Source of the DNA: Marsupella aquatica
Lineage: Eukaryota; Plantae; Marchantiophyta
DNA: 64,000 nucleotides
Direction of reading: 5' to 3'
Assembly (NCBI GenBank): GCA_973895155.1
Contig: OZ316895.1
Location: forward strand, 3,335,659 to 3,399,658
The notes beneath the pieces are model-generated. The model made no database searches and was not told the origin of the DNA. It worked only from the letters and a program-made list of their open reading frames with translations. This document shows, piece by piece, positions 40,375-52,074 of this stretch (position 1 is its first letter; every line of letters begins with the position of its first letter). The position numbers and the translations under genes are program-made.

Positions 40375-40667
40375 TGTTGGAATCTATCGTAAGTAGACTG
40401 AATACTGAAGATGCAGCGGAGGGCCATATAAGTAGAGAGAGGAGATTGCAGATCAAGGGAGATCGACGGACTGGGCTACTAACCTAGACCTACTAGTAAT
40501 AAGAGACACCGCTAACTAAGCAGAGTGGGGAGCGCATGGGGCGCACCTACTGTATTTACTACCGTAAGTGGGGAGCGCATAATGCGCTCCTGTCAAGCTC
40601 ATAGTACTAAGGACAGCGAGTGGTCTATTACTCCCTTAATGTCACGAGTACAGCGCAGTTTCTAACA
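40375..40667 (-). repeat. 5' LTR (293 bp)
   Basis: TG...CA termini, adjacent to the PBS, near-identical to the 3' LTR. Confidence 0.97.
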
Positions 40668-43600
40668 ACTTTTGCCTAGGACAAACAAAATGAATTTTAT
40701 TCAAAAAGCCAGCATACAAAACTGGTGGCCCACAAGGGTGAGAGATCCAATAAAAACCAGTGAGGCCGGAACCAGGAAAGAAGCTAGATCCAGAAGGAAA
40801 GCTAAACCAGACTTTAGCCCCACTGCAGTAGGAGCTGCTGAAAACCCGACTGAAAAACTCCAGAAGACCAGCTAATGAACACGGGACGGGCTGGGTTCCT
40901 ATCAATGGATCCTTAACAGAAGAAAAAAAACTTTCAGTCGGGGTTGCAGTGTAGCTCCAACTCCAGAAAGGTAAACAACTCATGGTGGTCTAGGAGGGGC
41001 CGGCTGTATTTGGAGGATCTCCTCATGAGTGTCCCCTTAGTCCCGCCCAAGTCCCATAGTGAAAAGACCTGACATTGAATGCATCCAACAATGTAGTTTC
41101 CCAGCCTGAATTTTGGAACAATGGCGGGCCCAGTCTAAGTAGTCACACTTTTGGTCTCACTAATTGACGTCAGTTGAATATATGTCACTCACACTGAGAA
41201 TCTAAGCATAACACAGACTCTCAATACAAACTAAATAGTGTACCTTAACATACTTAATTATTGTGATTTGGGTTGAAAAATATATTCACACAAATTAGAG
41301 TGACTTTGGTGCACACTAATTGGATACTTACACTATTTACAATGGACATTGTAATAGGGCATCTCAAATACTATGAATTTTTTTACACGACCTTGTCTGG
41401 GAACATTGTGGCCCCGGGCAGCAGGAATGACTGGTCGGACACCAAATGTGAAGCCCAACCAGTCACGCCCGGGAGTCATGACCAAAACTGACGGCCGACT
41501 TCTACGAGGAGAGTACCCAATTTCAGTGTGTTCATTGACTCACATTGCGATTTTCACACACTGCCCCAACCCCGGCCTCTCATATTTGAGAGCCCAGAAA
41601 TATACATATCAGTGCCGTACTATACCCATATCCCTGCCCAACTACACCCAGTTTTTGTGTGCAGGTGAGGTGTGTTTTTATTTTCAATATTTGAGACTCT
41701 CTACTATAGCTCGTCCTGCCCTGACGTAATGGCACCCGACGAGGTGTCCACCCAGCCAACACCATCGGCCCAGTCGGTAGTCATCAAAGAGAGACACCTG
41801 CGAACATGGAGATCAGGCATCGCTCGCTCTCCCGTCCCAGTAGTGCAGAATCGCAGACGCTCCACCACTTATGCGCAGGTACAGGAAAGCATTTTGGTTG
41901 TGGTGCAGAAAGCCCTCGTGTTGATGATGGACGTTCTAGAAGTAAGCAAACTCTCTGTACAATTGCACATTCAACAGTTTTCTTCCTGACAGGATTAGCT
42001 GAATCTTTTACCTTACAAGCGCGGACGGATTGACGGATTGCTGACTGCTCCGTTACTTGATTACTTCGGTGTTCCCCTCTAAATCGCGTTACGACTTTAA
42101 GCGCCTCACCCAACTACTGGAGTGGTGGACCGAGATCGAACCATCGATCAAACAGCCTAGGCTGTACATAATCTGACAGGTAGAGTATCGGTGATGATGA
42201 TTAAGTTTTAATTTTGGCTGATCGAAGTGGTTACACCATTTCTGGTTCAAACTAGGGAAACAGTGGACATGCCGGATCCGATGTTTTACGGGTAACAGGT
42301 TCTCGACCATCGTCGATTTTTGGCTTCATGACGGTCTACTGTAGTTATGCCTACCTTTCCCGCTTGCTCCATGCTACAGCGACCTTGCTACTCTGTAGAT
42401 TGATTGTGGAATTCTTACAGACTGACGGAGATCACGTCACTCTCACGAGTCCGGTTGGTCGAGCATTTACCAGGTGCGGTTCCCATTAACACCGTGTCAT
42501 TATGGAGTGATTGCTTCGGAGTTCGGAGTGTGATGGACCCGCACAGATGGTGATGGTGTGCATGCAAGGAAAACCTTTAAGCGGCAAGACGAATGAACCC
42601 CAATTTTCCGTCTCGACGTTGCAGTTGATATGAATTCGTGAGCAATACAGTTCAAGTACTAGATAATGTATGGTAAAGTTATTTGGAATTGACTTGAAAT
42701 AGATACTCTTTTCAAGCTTTGGAACGAAATCCTTCATTGCCTCAAGCTTTCAATAATAGTGAGCAGTGCAAAATATCTATGTGCACAACGCGTGTGCTGC
42801 GTGTGAGAGAGCTCGATCAGGTAAACAAGCTCAGGCTGTCAGCCTACCGAAGAGCTTAGATTTCGTTCTATATGCATTGGTCCTCCGACTTCCTTTGTCG
42901 GCGTGATTCTATGACCTTATTATCTCAATCGACGCTCTTGGGATGATAAATTCCAGCCTTGATGTACGGAGGGACGGGTATTTCTGCGCTCTAAAAACAT
43001 TGAAGCAACAGGAGAACCGTGTCGGCTTTAGAGTTGACCCTCGTCGAAGCCTTGGACTTGGAGCGCTGGGAGACTTAACAATAAATATATCTTTTGAAAG
43101 AAGATATCACTAGCTACTACATTAACAAGACTGTCACGGTCTACATTGCAGAATGATGAGGAGGCCAAGTCAGAATTCTCGCATGACTGTACCGAAGAGC
43201 ACTATTTCGAATATGCATGTCCAGCATGGGATGCTTGTGGTGGTGGCTGACATATTAACATTTGTCCATTGCCAATGAATGAGAGCGCACCCGTGAGTTA
43301 CTGTGGCACCGTTACTAGAGAATCTATGGCGAGGGCACTTTGTTATCATACCATGCAAACAACAGACCCGACCCTGTGGGTTGTCTGCCATGTCCAACGG
43401 GAAGGAGAAGACGCAAAAAACTGAAAAAAGGTTCTCACATGCGCCAGGGAAGCTCATCTACAACTCCTCCATCATCTACATGTAGAATCCGAGCAGGCGA
43501 GGAACGAAAGAATTCGACCAGCGACAATTAACAAAGAGAAAATGACGATGGCACGTGTCTTGTGCCGCAGCCATAACTCTATCAACCTAACCATAATTAC

Positions 43601-44835
43601 AACAACGGCAACAATAGGCAGCAGTTCTACAAATATTGAAGCACGAACCCCTCGCAATCTGATCATCTCAACGACCACAGCAGACCTCGTTGACCGTGAC
43701 TGCTCGGAAGTCGGACCACAGCAGGCTCCAGTCTCCAGCCGTGACTACAACGTTCCACACAGGCGCCACTCCTCCGGCCGGCATCCTGCAGCACAATGCA
43801 ATTTTGCGAGCTTTTGAGTTGCAACTCGGATTGCACCATTATGACATACATGCAGCTCCGGAAACTTCAGGTCAGAGAAGTGGTGGGGCACTGCCTTCAG
43901 TAGTATATGGTACTACAAATACGGTAGTACAGTACCCATTTACTGTCGCATTCAGTCGCACTCGTCCATCGCCGTGAAGCTGAAAATGAGAGACCATCAT
44001 CCTTTTCTCAGAGCTGCGGGGAGTCGATGATAATAATCACAGCATCAGCAGCCACGGATGGACCACCAACATAGCCTGATGATATAGACCCTGCTCCTCG
44101 GAATGCTCAAATTCGTACCGAGCTATGACAGTTTCAGGCTCGACGGTCAGAGTCGTCATGCCCACCATCAACAGACCAGCGGACCCGTCGATGCTCGCCA
44201 AATTTACGACAATTATATATGATGAACTCAGACGAGTCTCAGATGCTGAGGACCGAGGACATCTTGCTTCCGAGGCTCCGATGTGACAACGTTACCAGCG
44301 CTCTCAATCCTCGTATGCAAGGGAACTGTCACTGCCGTAATTTGCCTTCTTCATTCTGATTGACTGAACATCAACGGTGGTGAGAAAATGTTTGTTCTTG
44401 TGAATGTTTCTCTTGATAAATTTGAGTGAACCATTTTTCATGGCGAAATATAATGTTTGACTGTTTATCTCCGCCCTCTCCTCTCCAGAGCAGTACTGGA
44501 CCAGTACTGTATCGAGAATATGAGACCGCTGCCATGGAGGTCCAAAGGGCTTCTGCTCGCTGGAGTGCATTAAATGAGAGTTGCAGCTTTTGAAGACCAC
44601 AATGACTCCTGTAATAACTCCATCATTCTGCACTTTCCATGAGATGATGAGAAGGAAGTCATGCACTTTCCTATATTTACGTGAGCCTCGAGAAGTAAGC
44701 CATCCCTGTTCTATTGTCCACCAGTCCACCAGTCCACCTGCTTACTTCTAGAAAGCTGGTCAGTGTCGTCTTTACCTTTTTTAAGTTTATCCTCGTCAAA
44801 TGATTCAGTCAATCAAATTTGAGATAATTACGTTG

Positions 44836-45170
44836 ACTCTTGTTGGAACCTTAAGGTAATTTATACCTGGAAAGCATGCTTACTGTTGTTGAAACCTTAA
44901 AAAGGCATTCCATATGAGGGATATGCTTAGTAGACCTCTTCTGGAAAAAGTTTGCTTAATCAACCCTCTCGATATTTTTCCCCAATCTGGACTGTTGATG
45001 GACCTTTCGATCTCAGATCTGGACCATTGATAGACCTCAAGGGGTCAATCAAGTAACAAGTTTTATTTTGGGGGTCGATCAAGCAAATACCTCTTCTATA
45101 CCTGGAAACTATGCGGACTGTTGTTGGAACCTTAAGACAAGTAATTTACACCTGGGAAAGTGAATGACTG
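44836..45170. repeat. ~46-bp tandem array interrupted by MITE-like copy 2 (44916-45094)
   Basis: The unit actgttgttggaaccttaag..gtaatttatacctggaaa occurs on both sides. The insert ends gggggtcgatcaagcaaatacctct, like the 3993-4274 element. Confidence 0.6.
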
Positions 45171-48100
45171 TAATTGTGACTCCCTTTCCAGTATTTTAAT
45201 AAGCTACACTATCTACCCCGGTTAGTGAATTTTGGACCTGTTCAAACCGTGGTCTCCAGTGAATTTTATTTTAGGGTAGTGGTACACCAAAGAGAATTAG
45301 ATGACAGCCCTAATGAAAGAAAGCCAGAACAAACTAAAATAAAATCCTTGGGGCCAATATATGTTATACACATTAGGGTGTGGGCTTTGACACGCCCTAT
45401 TATTAATATTCTAGCTTTCTACTTGAAAGATGAGAGAGTTAGATTAAGTGTACTAGCATACACTACTGAATGGGGAAGGGAGAGGCCTGTAAACCAAGGG
45501 AGGACATTAAAGGTTTCATGGGCTTTTCTTTCCATGGAGAAACCCTTCCCGTAATTTAATTTCTAGACTAAGTAGATTATATGCAATAAATCTGATAAAG
45601 ACATGGGGCCAGCATGACCTCCAAAGCCGAGTGTCTTCAGAATAAAACAATTAATTAGTAGCTGTGTTTATTTTACAAGCTTTGAGGTCAATCTGGACTC
45701 GGGGATGATTTCCTGAATCTCAAGCTAACTAAGGTAGAACAGTAACCCAAAAGAAGATTAAAGGTCGGGATAGAAAGAACTTGTTTCCTGTTAAGAATGG
45801 CACTGAAAAGTTGGATACTTAGGACCAGTCACCAGAGTAAGACAGTGCAAGCTAGAAATCATGAGAAGTACTTGAAGAACAAATTAAGTTTTCCAACACT
45901 TTATCTTGGCTAGGACCACCCTGACTCAAGTGGCTCTTCCAAGACTCATGGCCTGACTAGTTTGTGGGCTAGTTTGCTATTGTGCTTTGGTTGTTGTGTT
46001 ACTGATGCTACCCAACATGGACCAAATAAACTCTTGTGGACACATGATTCTTATTGCTCGAGGTCTGCAGTAACCAATTAGGTCTTGAGACATTTAAATG
46101 AGATTAATTTATGTACTGTGTTAGGCCTTGTTTAACCACCTTTTGGCACACACGGCTTGTAGGAATTGCATGGATTTCATGAAACTCATTATCTTGCATA
46201 CATGCAGGTGTACAGGACATCTTGAAGTGAACATAAAGGCTGACTATAGTACTACTGAACATTATATTGTGATCTGGATTCAAATCTCACATCGTGAGGT
46301 AGTTGAGAAATATGCTTGGTGGACCTATGCTACAAATTATTGACTTGCTGGGATCATTTGCAATTGCCACAGTCAACTACTTCTTATTGCGCAAGCTCTG
46401 CATTCAGAATGGTAAACTCTCGCTGACAGGCCAAAGGAGAAATGTGACAAAACCTTTAATTTTGCCCGTGGCCAAAAAGAATTGTAACTAAGACAAAAGC
46501 CGACTCGATACCAAATTTGCATTTAAGACATTGAACACGTTTTTCCTGAGGACAAAAAGCGCCAAAACATTCAATGAGTATGAAAGCAATTTCTTATGCC
46601 TCTCCCTTGATTCATGGCCACTTAAAATGAGCTAAGGTCGGTAAAAGGGCCTAAGTTACATAACTCACAGGAATGTTCATAATTATTCTCTAGTACAGTT
46701 GCGTTGAACCTATTAAATGGTTAGAAGTAACCATAGTTAACATCAAAAAAGTATAGAGGAGCCTGCCCATAAAATTATAAGTCCAACGTTCTGGGGTAGT
46801 GATCATTAATGATAGGATTCCTGCATATGTATGATTTTGAAGTATAATACACGGATCCCCTATGGTTTGGTGAAGTGGTTGGTGTTTTCCTTCACTAACA
46901 CTATTGAATGGGGGCCTTTTCATAATGACATTTCAGTATCACATGTTCATAAACTTAGCTTTAATTTCCATGTGCAATCAATTGGAGGGAGGACTAGTCC
47001 CTTGTCTTCTTTTCATGCAAGATCAATTGTCACTAGCTGGAACGATCTTGGGGATCTTGATCTTCCAATCAGGCCTTCCTCAACGAGTTTCTCCATGTGG
47101 TATACTTCCTTGGACAGGGCTTTCTTATAGCCTGTTTTGTTGGATTTCCAATGGCTTTACAAGACATTGGTGGCATTTTCAACTTTACAATATGTTGGGG
47201 ACAGTTTCTTTCTGTACTCTTGCTGATCCTACATGGAGTAGGGTGGGGCACAAGTTTTGCTTATGTGGAGCAGATTTTTGACCCAGATTTTGCCACTTTC
47301 TTGGAGGTCTCTTCATCTGGTGGCTTGGTTTATTCGTACTTTGATCCATTTGCATTAAAAATGGTCCTTTATAAGATCTTCTCCTACTAGATATAGAAGG
47401 GTCTAGCCAAAGCAGTATTTGAATTTGAAGTGGAGTGGGTCCCCAGCATATCTCTTAGCAAAATGCTCTAGCACAATTTGCTGGAGTTAGTTTGGGTCCC
47501 CAACTTGTTTCTGAGCAAATAATTCCAGCACATTTGATGGAGCTAGCTTTACAGGAGGTCAAGGGCCATAAAAGGATTCCAAAAAGTCTTTAGCCAGGTA
47601 CACTACCTTTGTATCTCAAATAACTCTCCAATTTGCTTTGGTGAAAAAGTTCACAAGTGCCCCCACCCGCTTGATACCATCCTTAGGTTAAGATACCACA
47701 CCAGAAAGTTGGGAGATCCTTTCACCAGCCTTTTTCCCAGATGTAAGGAACCCAGCTCTATGAGTTCTTAGCCACTATGTGCATTCGCCATAACTGCACA
47801 TCAAAATATGACATATATGGCAGCCTCAGACATCACTTTATCCCATGATAAACTTCATTATTATTTTTAAATCAGTGAATGCACACCAGAAATGACCACA
47901 TTTTGATGTGTGATTACGGCAGGGCACTATTTGTCCTACAGACGTCAATTCCAGGATCTGGTTTTCTTGCATTCACAAGAAATGGCTATCATTCTCGTGG
48001 GCTTTCGCCCTTCCTAAAATTAGAAAAGAAGCAGAAAGAAAGGTGGTGGTGTCCCCTAGTCGAGGAAGTAGTCCATAAAGGCCTTCTCTAGGGCAATGAA

Positions 48101-48378
48101 TTGCAGGAAATCATGTTCCAGACCATGTGAGCCGGGAGCAATAATGGATTCTGGCCAACCGTCTAGCCCATGGTAAGCGACACATTCATACAAAATTCCA
48201 GACAGTGCTGCTGCACTGTTTGCAATGTAGACTGGATTTCGAAGGGAGCAAAATAATAGAGGGAAATTAGACGAGAGTATGACAGAAAGCATCAAAACAA
48301 GAGTGCAGAAAACGAAGTTGTTCTCTGTCCTTCTACCGTCGACAAATCTCATCACACCATCAAGAGTCAATGAGAATG

Positions 48379-48521
48379 GAGTCTTGGGTCCAAGCTCGAA
48401 CATCACTGTGGACACTGCCGAAAGCTCTGAATTTCTGCTCAAGAGAAGAGTCTTGGGTCCAAGCTCGAACATCACTGTGGACACTGGCGAAAGCTCTGAA
48501 TTTCTGCTCAAGAGAAGAGTC
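48379..48521. repeat. 69-bp tandem duplication with one mismatch
   Basis: gagtcttgggtccaagctcgaacatcactgtggacactg[c/g]cgaaagctctgaatttctgctcaagagaa occurs at 48379 and 48448. Confidence 0.95.
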
Positions 48522-49069
48522 CACACGTTCCGAAATCGCTGAGTAGGGACGAGGACGACATGCATGCTGTTGCAATGAATGGAATTCGGTGAAATCTTTT
48601 AAGGCATGAAACGAGACGAGGAGACAATCAACGACTAAGCTCTCAAATTATGGACCTCGATGTACTATTCACCTCTCGACATCCGGTACTGTACTGCGAT
48701 GCAGTGACAGGGTGTCAACTATAATTAAAAAACTATTGAGCCATCACGCTGTTGGTCCATCGCTCATGGAGAGTACGGTACGTAGCTTATGCCTGACTAC
48801 AAACCGTACCAATGTTCTTACAGCCTTCATTTTTCTCTCCTTTCTAGTTATATGCACATTTTGGGAAGATGTGTAACTACTGTAGGAACTAGAAAGATGT
48901 TTTGTAGACTGTACTGTCTGTATTGAGGAGATCTACCGTAGAGATCCGTTGCTCCTGGTTCACGTCATTAGTCAGATGGGCGACGGTCAATGTAAAGTGG
49001 CATTGCTCGAGCAATAGAGCAATGATCATATGAGAAAAGGTTTAATGGGTTTACTCGGGGCGTCATGGG

Positions 49070-49190
49070 CACTTGTGATTTTTTTTTCGTCAAAGCAATT
49101 GGAGTGCCACTTCCTATTCGAAAAGGTAGTCTGGAGACCCCACTTGTGACTCTTTTTTCCATCAAAGCAAACTGGAGGGCCACTTCTTAT
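49070..49190. repeat. Diverged ~71-bp tandem pair
   Basis: cacttgtga...tcaaagcaa..ggag.gccacttc.tat occurs twice. Confidence 0.7.
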
Positions 49191-49359
49191 AGATAGACTT
49201 CAGACTCCATTTCAAAATGTTTGGACCACCTCTGGAGATTATCCAAAATTCTAGACAAAACAAACACTCCACATCAGCATTCATTTCAGAGTCACATCAC
49301 TAGGGTCAACTGCTTACTTTGTAGGATCAGTAGACACCATTAGAGAATGGCCACCAAGT

Positions 49360-49810
49360 CCTTGTAAGGCCAAGTACAGCAGTTTCTACTCCTTATATAT
49401 AGGTCCATGGGATGTTCTGTATTTCTAGTAAAAGCCAAATGCAACCATTTCTACTCCTTAGTCATAAGGTCCAGGGTGTTCCCTTAGTACTTGTAAAGCC
49501 AACTGGATTTTGTGAAGCCAATTACTCCTTAGTTAAAGGGTCAAGGGTGCTCCTTAGTTATTGTAAAGCCAACTGGATCTTAACTTGTAAAGCCAAGTAC
49601 AGCTGTTTCTACTCCTAGGGGATGTTTCGTATTCCTGGCAAAGCCCAACTCAAACCATTTCTACTCCTTAGTTATAGGGGCCAGGGTGTTCCTTAGTTCT
49701 TGTACAGCGAAATGGAAAATTTTCTACTCATAGGTCCGGATGTTCAGTAGTTCTGGTAAAGCTATCTGGAACCGTTCTACTCATAAGGTCCAGGGGATGG
49801 CTCCGTAGTT
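49360..49810. repeat. Degenerate ~55-65-bp minisatellite array
   Basis: Recurring ttgtaaagccaa, tttctactcct and aggtccagggtgttc motifs, about seven to eight units. Confidence 0.8.
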
Positions 49811-52074
49811 CCCAGCTGACGCTTGTTTAGTAGACGAACTTCTGTACAGTAGGCATGTACCGTTTTCAATTGGCCAATGCTTTCAAGGGCCATGCAATGC
49901 GATGCCTGTGTCTGTATAAGACATTTTATGATACCGAGGTACAAAAGCCCTACCAGACACATTGTCATCAACACATGGTACCAGATTCTGCATGTCGAAG
50001 CGTACTTCACTTGCACAGAAAGACCAGCTGGCAGGTTGCCAGGAGAGGTGGTGGTGGGGTGTAGACAGGTGAGATGGAGATGCCAGCAGCCCTGCCCTGA
50101 CCTGTCCCCCAACCCAGAGTGCCATAGCTGAGTGTTTTGAGGTAGAGAGCTCCAGCGAATGACGACCTTAAGAAGTCCCTCAACCCAGTCTTATAGTTGA
50201 GTGTGTTTGGGGTGGAGAGTTTCCAACAAATGACGACTTTAACGAGAATGAGAAAGGTCTAGCACCTGTGGGTATGGGTCGGAGGCGTCGTAGTGTAGGA
50301 TCATGAGCACCATCTTATAGTACGTCAAAGCCAGTAGGGATTCGGCACGGTAGACGAGAAGGTAGCCTCATTGATTAGCCTTGTTGGCAAACTGGTACTG
50401 CACGTGACAGAATAGCTGCAGTTCTGAGCCGTATTCATTGGATGCTACTTTTGGGAGACATCTTGACCGTAGGGAACTGTCAGCTTTGGACCGGGTCCAT
50501 CACCTTCATTAAATCTTCATTAGAGATGGAGCTGAGCAATTCAATTCTATGTTGCGTGGAGGGAACAGTTATGATCCAACGAGTGAACGAGAGTAGGGAC
50601 TAGGGAGGGTCACCGGCACCCGCGCCACCACGACTGAAAATTATTCCACACCAAATGTAATCAATGCGTTGATTTGTAGACCCAGAGTAGTACCCAGTTC
50701 TCGACCTGAACTGATGAGTCTGGCCAATAGTATCCCTGAAAAAGACATCTGAAACAAACATGGCCGTGTATTGATGCAGTCCTCTGCTGTTCACATAGTT
50801 ATCACAAACACTGAGAAAAGTATTTTTCATCTTGACTTTGTGCTCCAAATGCGCGTACTGGAAACTCCATACACTCATCATGAGAAGATTTGTTTGGAGT
50901 CAAATGGCTCAGGGAAGAAAATATTGGGACGAACTACGCACACAACATAAGCTTCGCTGCGAAGCCGCAGCGCTCGTATCGGGGTATATTTTGACCAGAG
51001 TACACCTCGTCACCTCAGGAAGAGAATCTCTTTCGAGAACCAAAATCAGTGTAGTGCGAAATATAAAATATATTATAGGCAAGAGGACTAAACTTTAGGA
51101 GTTTCTGCACTGTACAATCAGTCCAAAGACGAGCCGATGAACATCTCTTCTTTAATGCAAACACCTGGTGGCCCCGCCGTAGCTGATTCACTAGCTAGCG
51201 ATACTGTCATTCGTTGGTACGATGCATCTATTTTCTACTGGTATCAATCACCAACGTCCTGCTGTCCAGCTCGAGTTACAATCCCAATGAAGATTCCCAT
51301 TACCCCCGACCTATAGTGGGAGCCCCTCTCGTACATGGGAACTTTGATGGCAGTAGGTAACAGTGGTCGAGAGCGTCCGCAGACAAAGCCCGTTCTTTCC
51401 CTTTTCAGAGGAAATTGTCGGGAACATCACATTATAGTGCAATCGGAACCAGGTGAAGCCCCTTTAATAGCGTGTGTTTTGAGGGACACCAGTAGCGCGC
51501 GATACAGCACTCAGGACGCGTCTATCCTTTTGTAATGTGTCAAAAAGTGTCACAATGAGGCCAGGAGGAGGATGCTATCCGGATAAAACAAACCATGACA
51601 AACACTGCGTCCTGTCATGGAACCTCAAGTACATGTGGAGAAGTCGGTCGTTACCTCAGTGATTACCTCAATCGCCCTCCTCTGCTCCATGTGCATTCGG
51701 ACAGTTAAACGACTGTAAATCTCACATTAAACGTACCGCTGAATAATGAAAGCTTCGGCCATTGATTGGCAGAGGCAATTATTGCAGTTGTATATTTCAT
51801 CCAGACAACAGTAAGTAGACGCGCTGCTGAGCTGCTCCAATATTTAAAGCCGGCAGCGCAGGATTTTCAGTGAAAGTTTCTCGTAACCTATACCTAAACT
51901 CTCTCATATGAACAGTAATCGATAGCAAGGCGCTAACGGAACCGACTTAGGCGCCATCTAAAAATTGGGGGCCGATGGGTGTCTATACAATGAACAATCA
52001 ATGATATATTTGTTCTATCCTGAGTGTGCTTGAAGTTTGACAATATATAAAACGTGTTTTGAAGGGTGTTTTCC

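Larger units (their letters stand above)
35226..40667 (-). mobile_element. Full-length Ty1/copia LTR retrotransposon
   Basis: TG...CA LTRs at 35226-35518 and 40375-40667; TSD ACTTT at 35221-35225 and 40668-40672; PBS and PPT present; domain order gag-PR-IN-RT-RH. Confidence 0.98.
34786..41482. mobile_element. Non-autonomous element with long inverted termini (Mutator-like/foldback), interrupted by the copia insertion
   Basis: Left end 34786-34916 and right end 41349-41482 are imperfect reverse complements; the core tatttgagacgccctattataa versus tatttgagatgccctattacaa matches 20/22. Subterminal agtcactctaatt (35037, 35119) is inverted as aattagagtgact (~41293). No transposase is present and the exact ends are unresolved. 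Confidence 0.65.

Noticed and set aside
43170-44730. Ser/Thr-rich short ORFs
   Set aside because: Frequent stops in all frames and no family signature.
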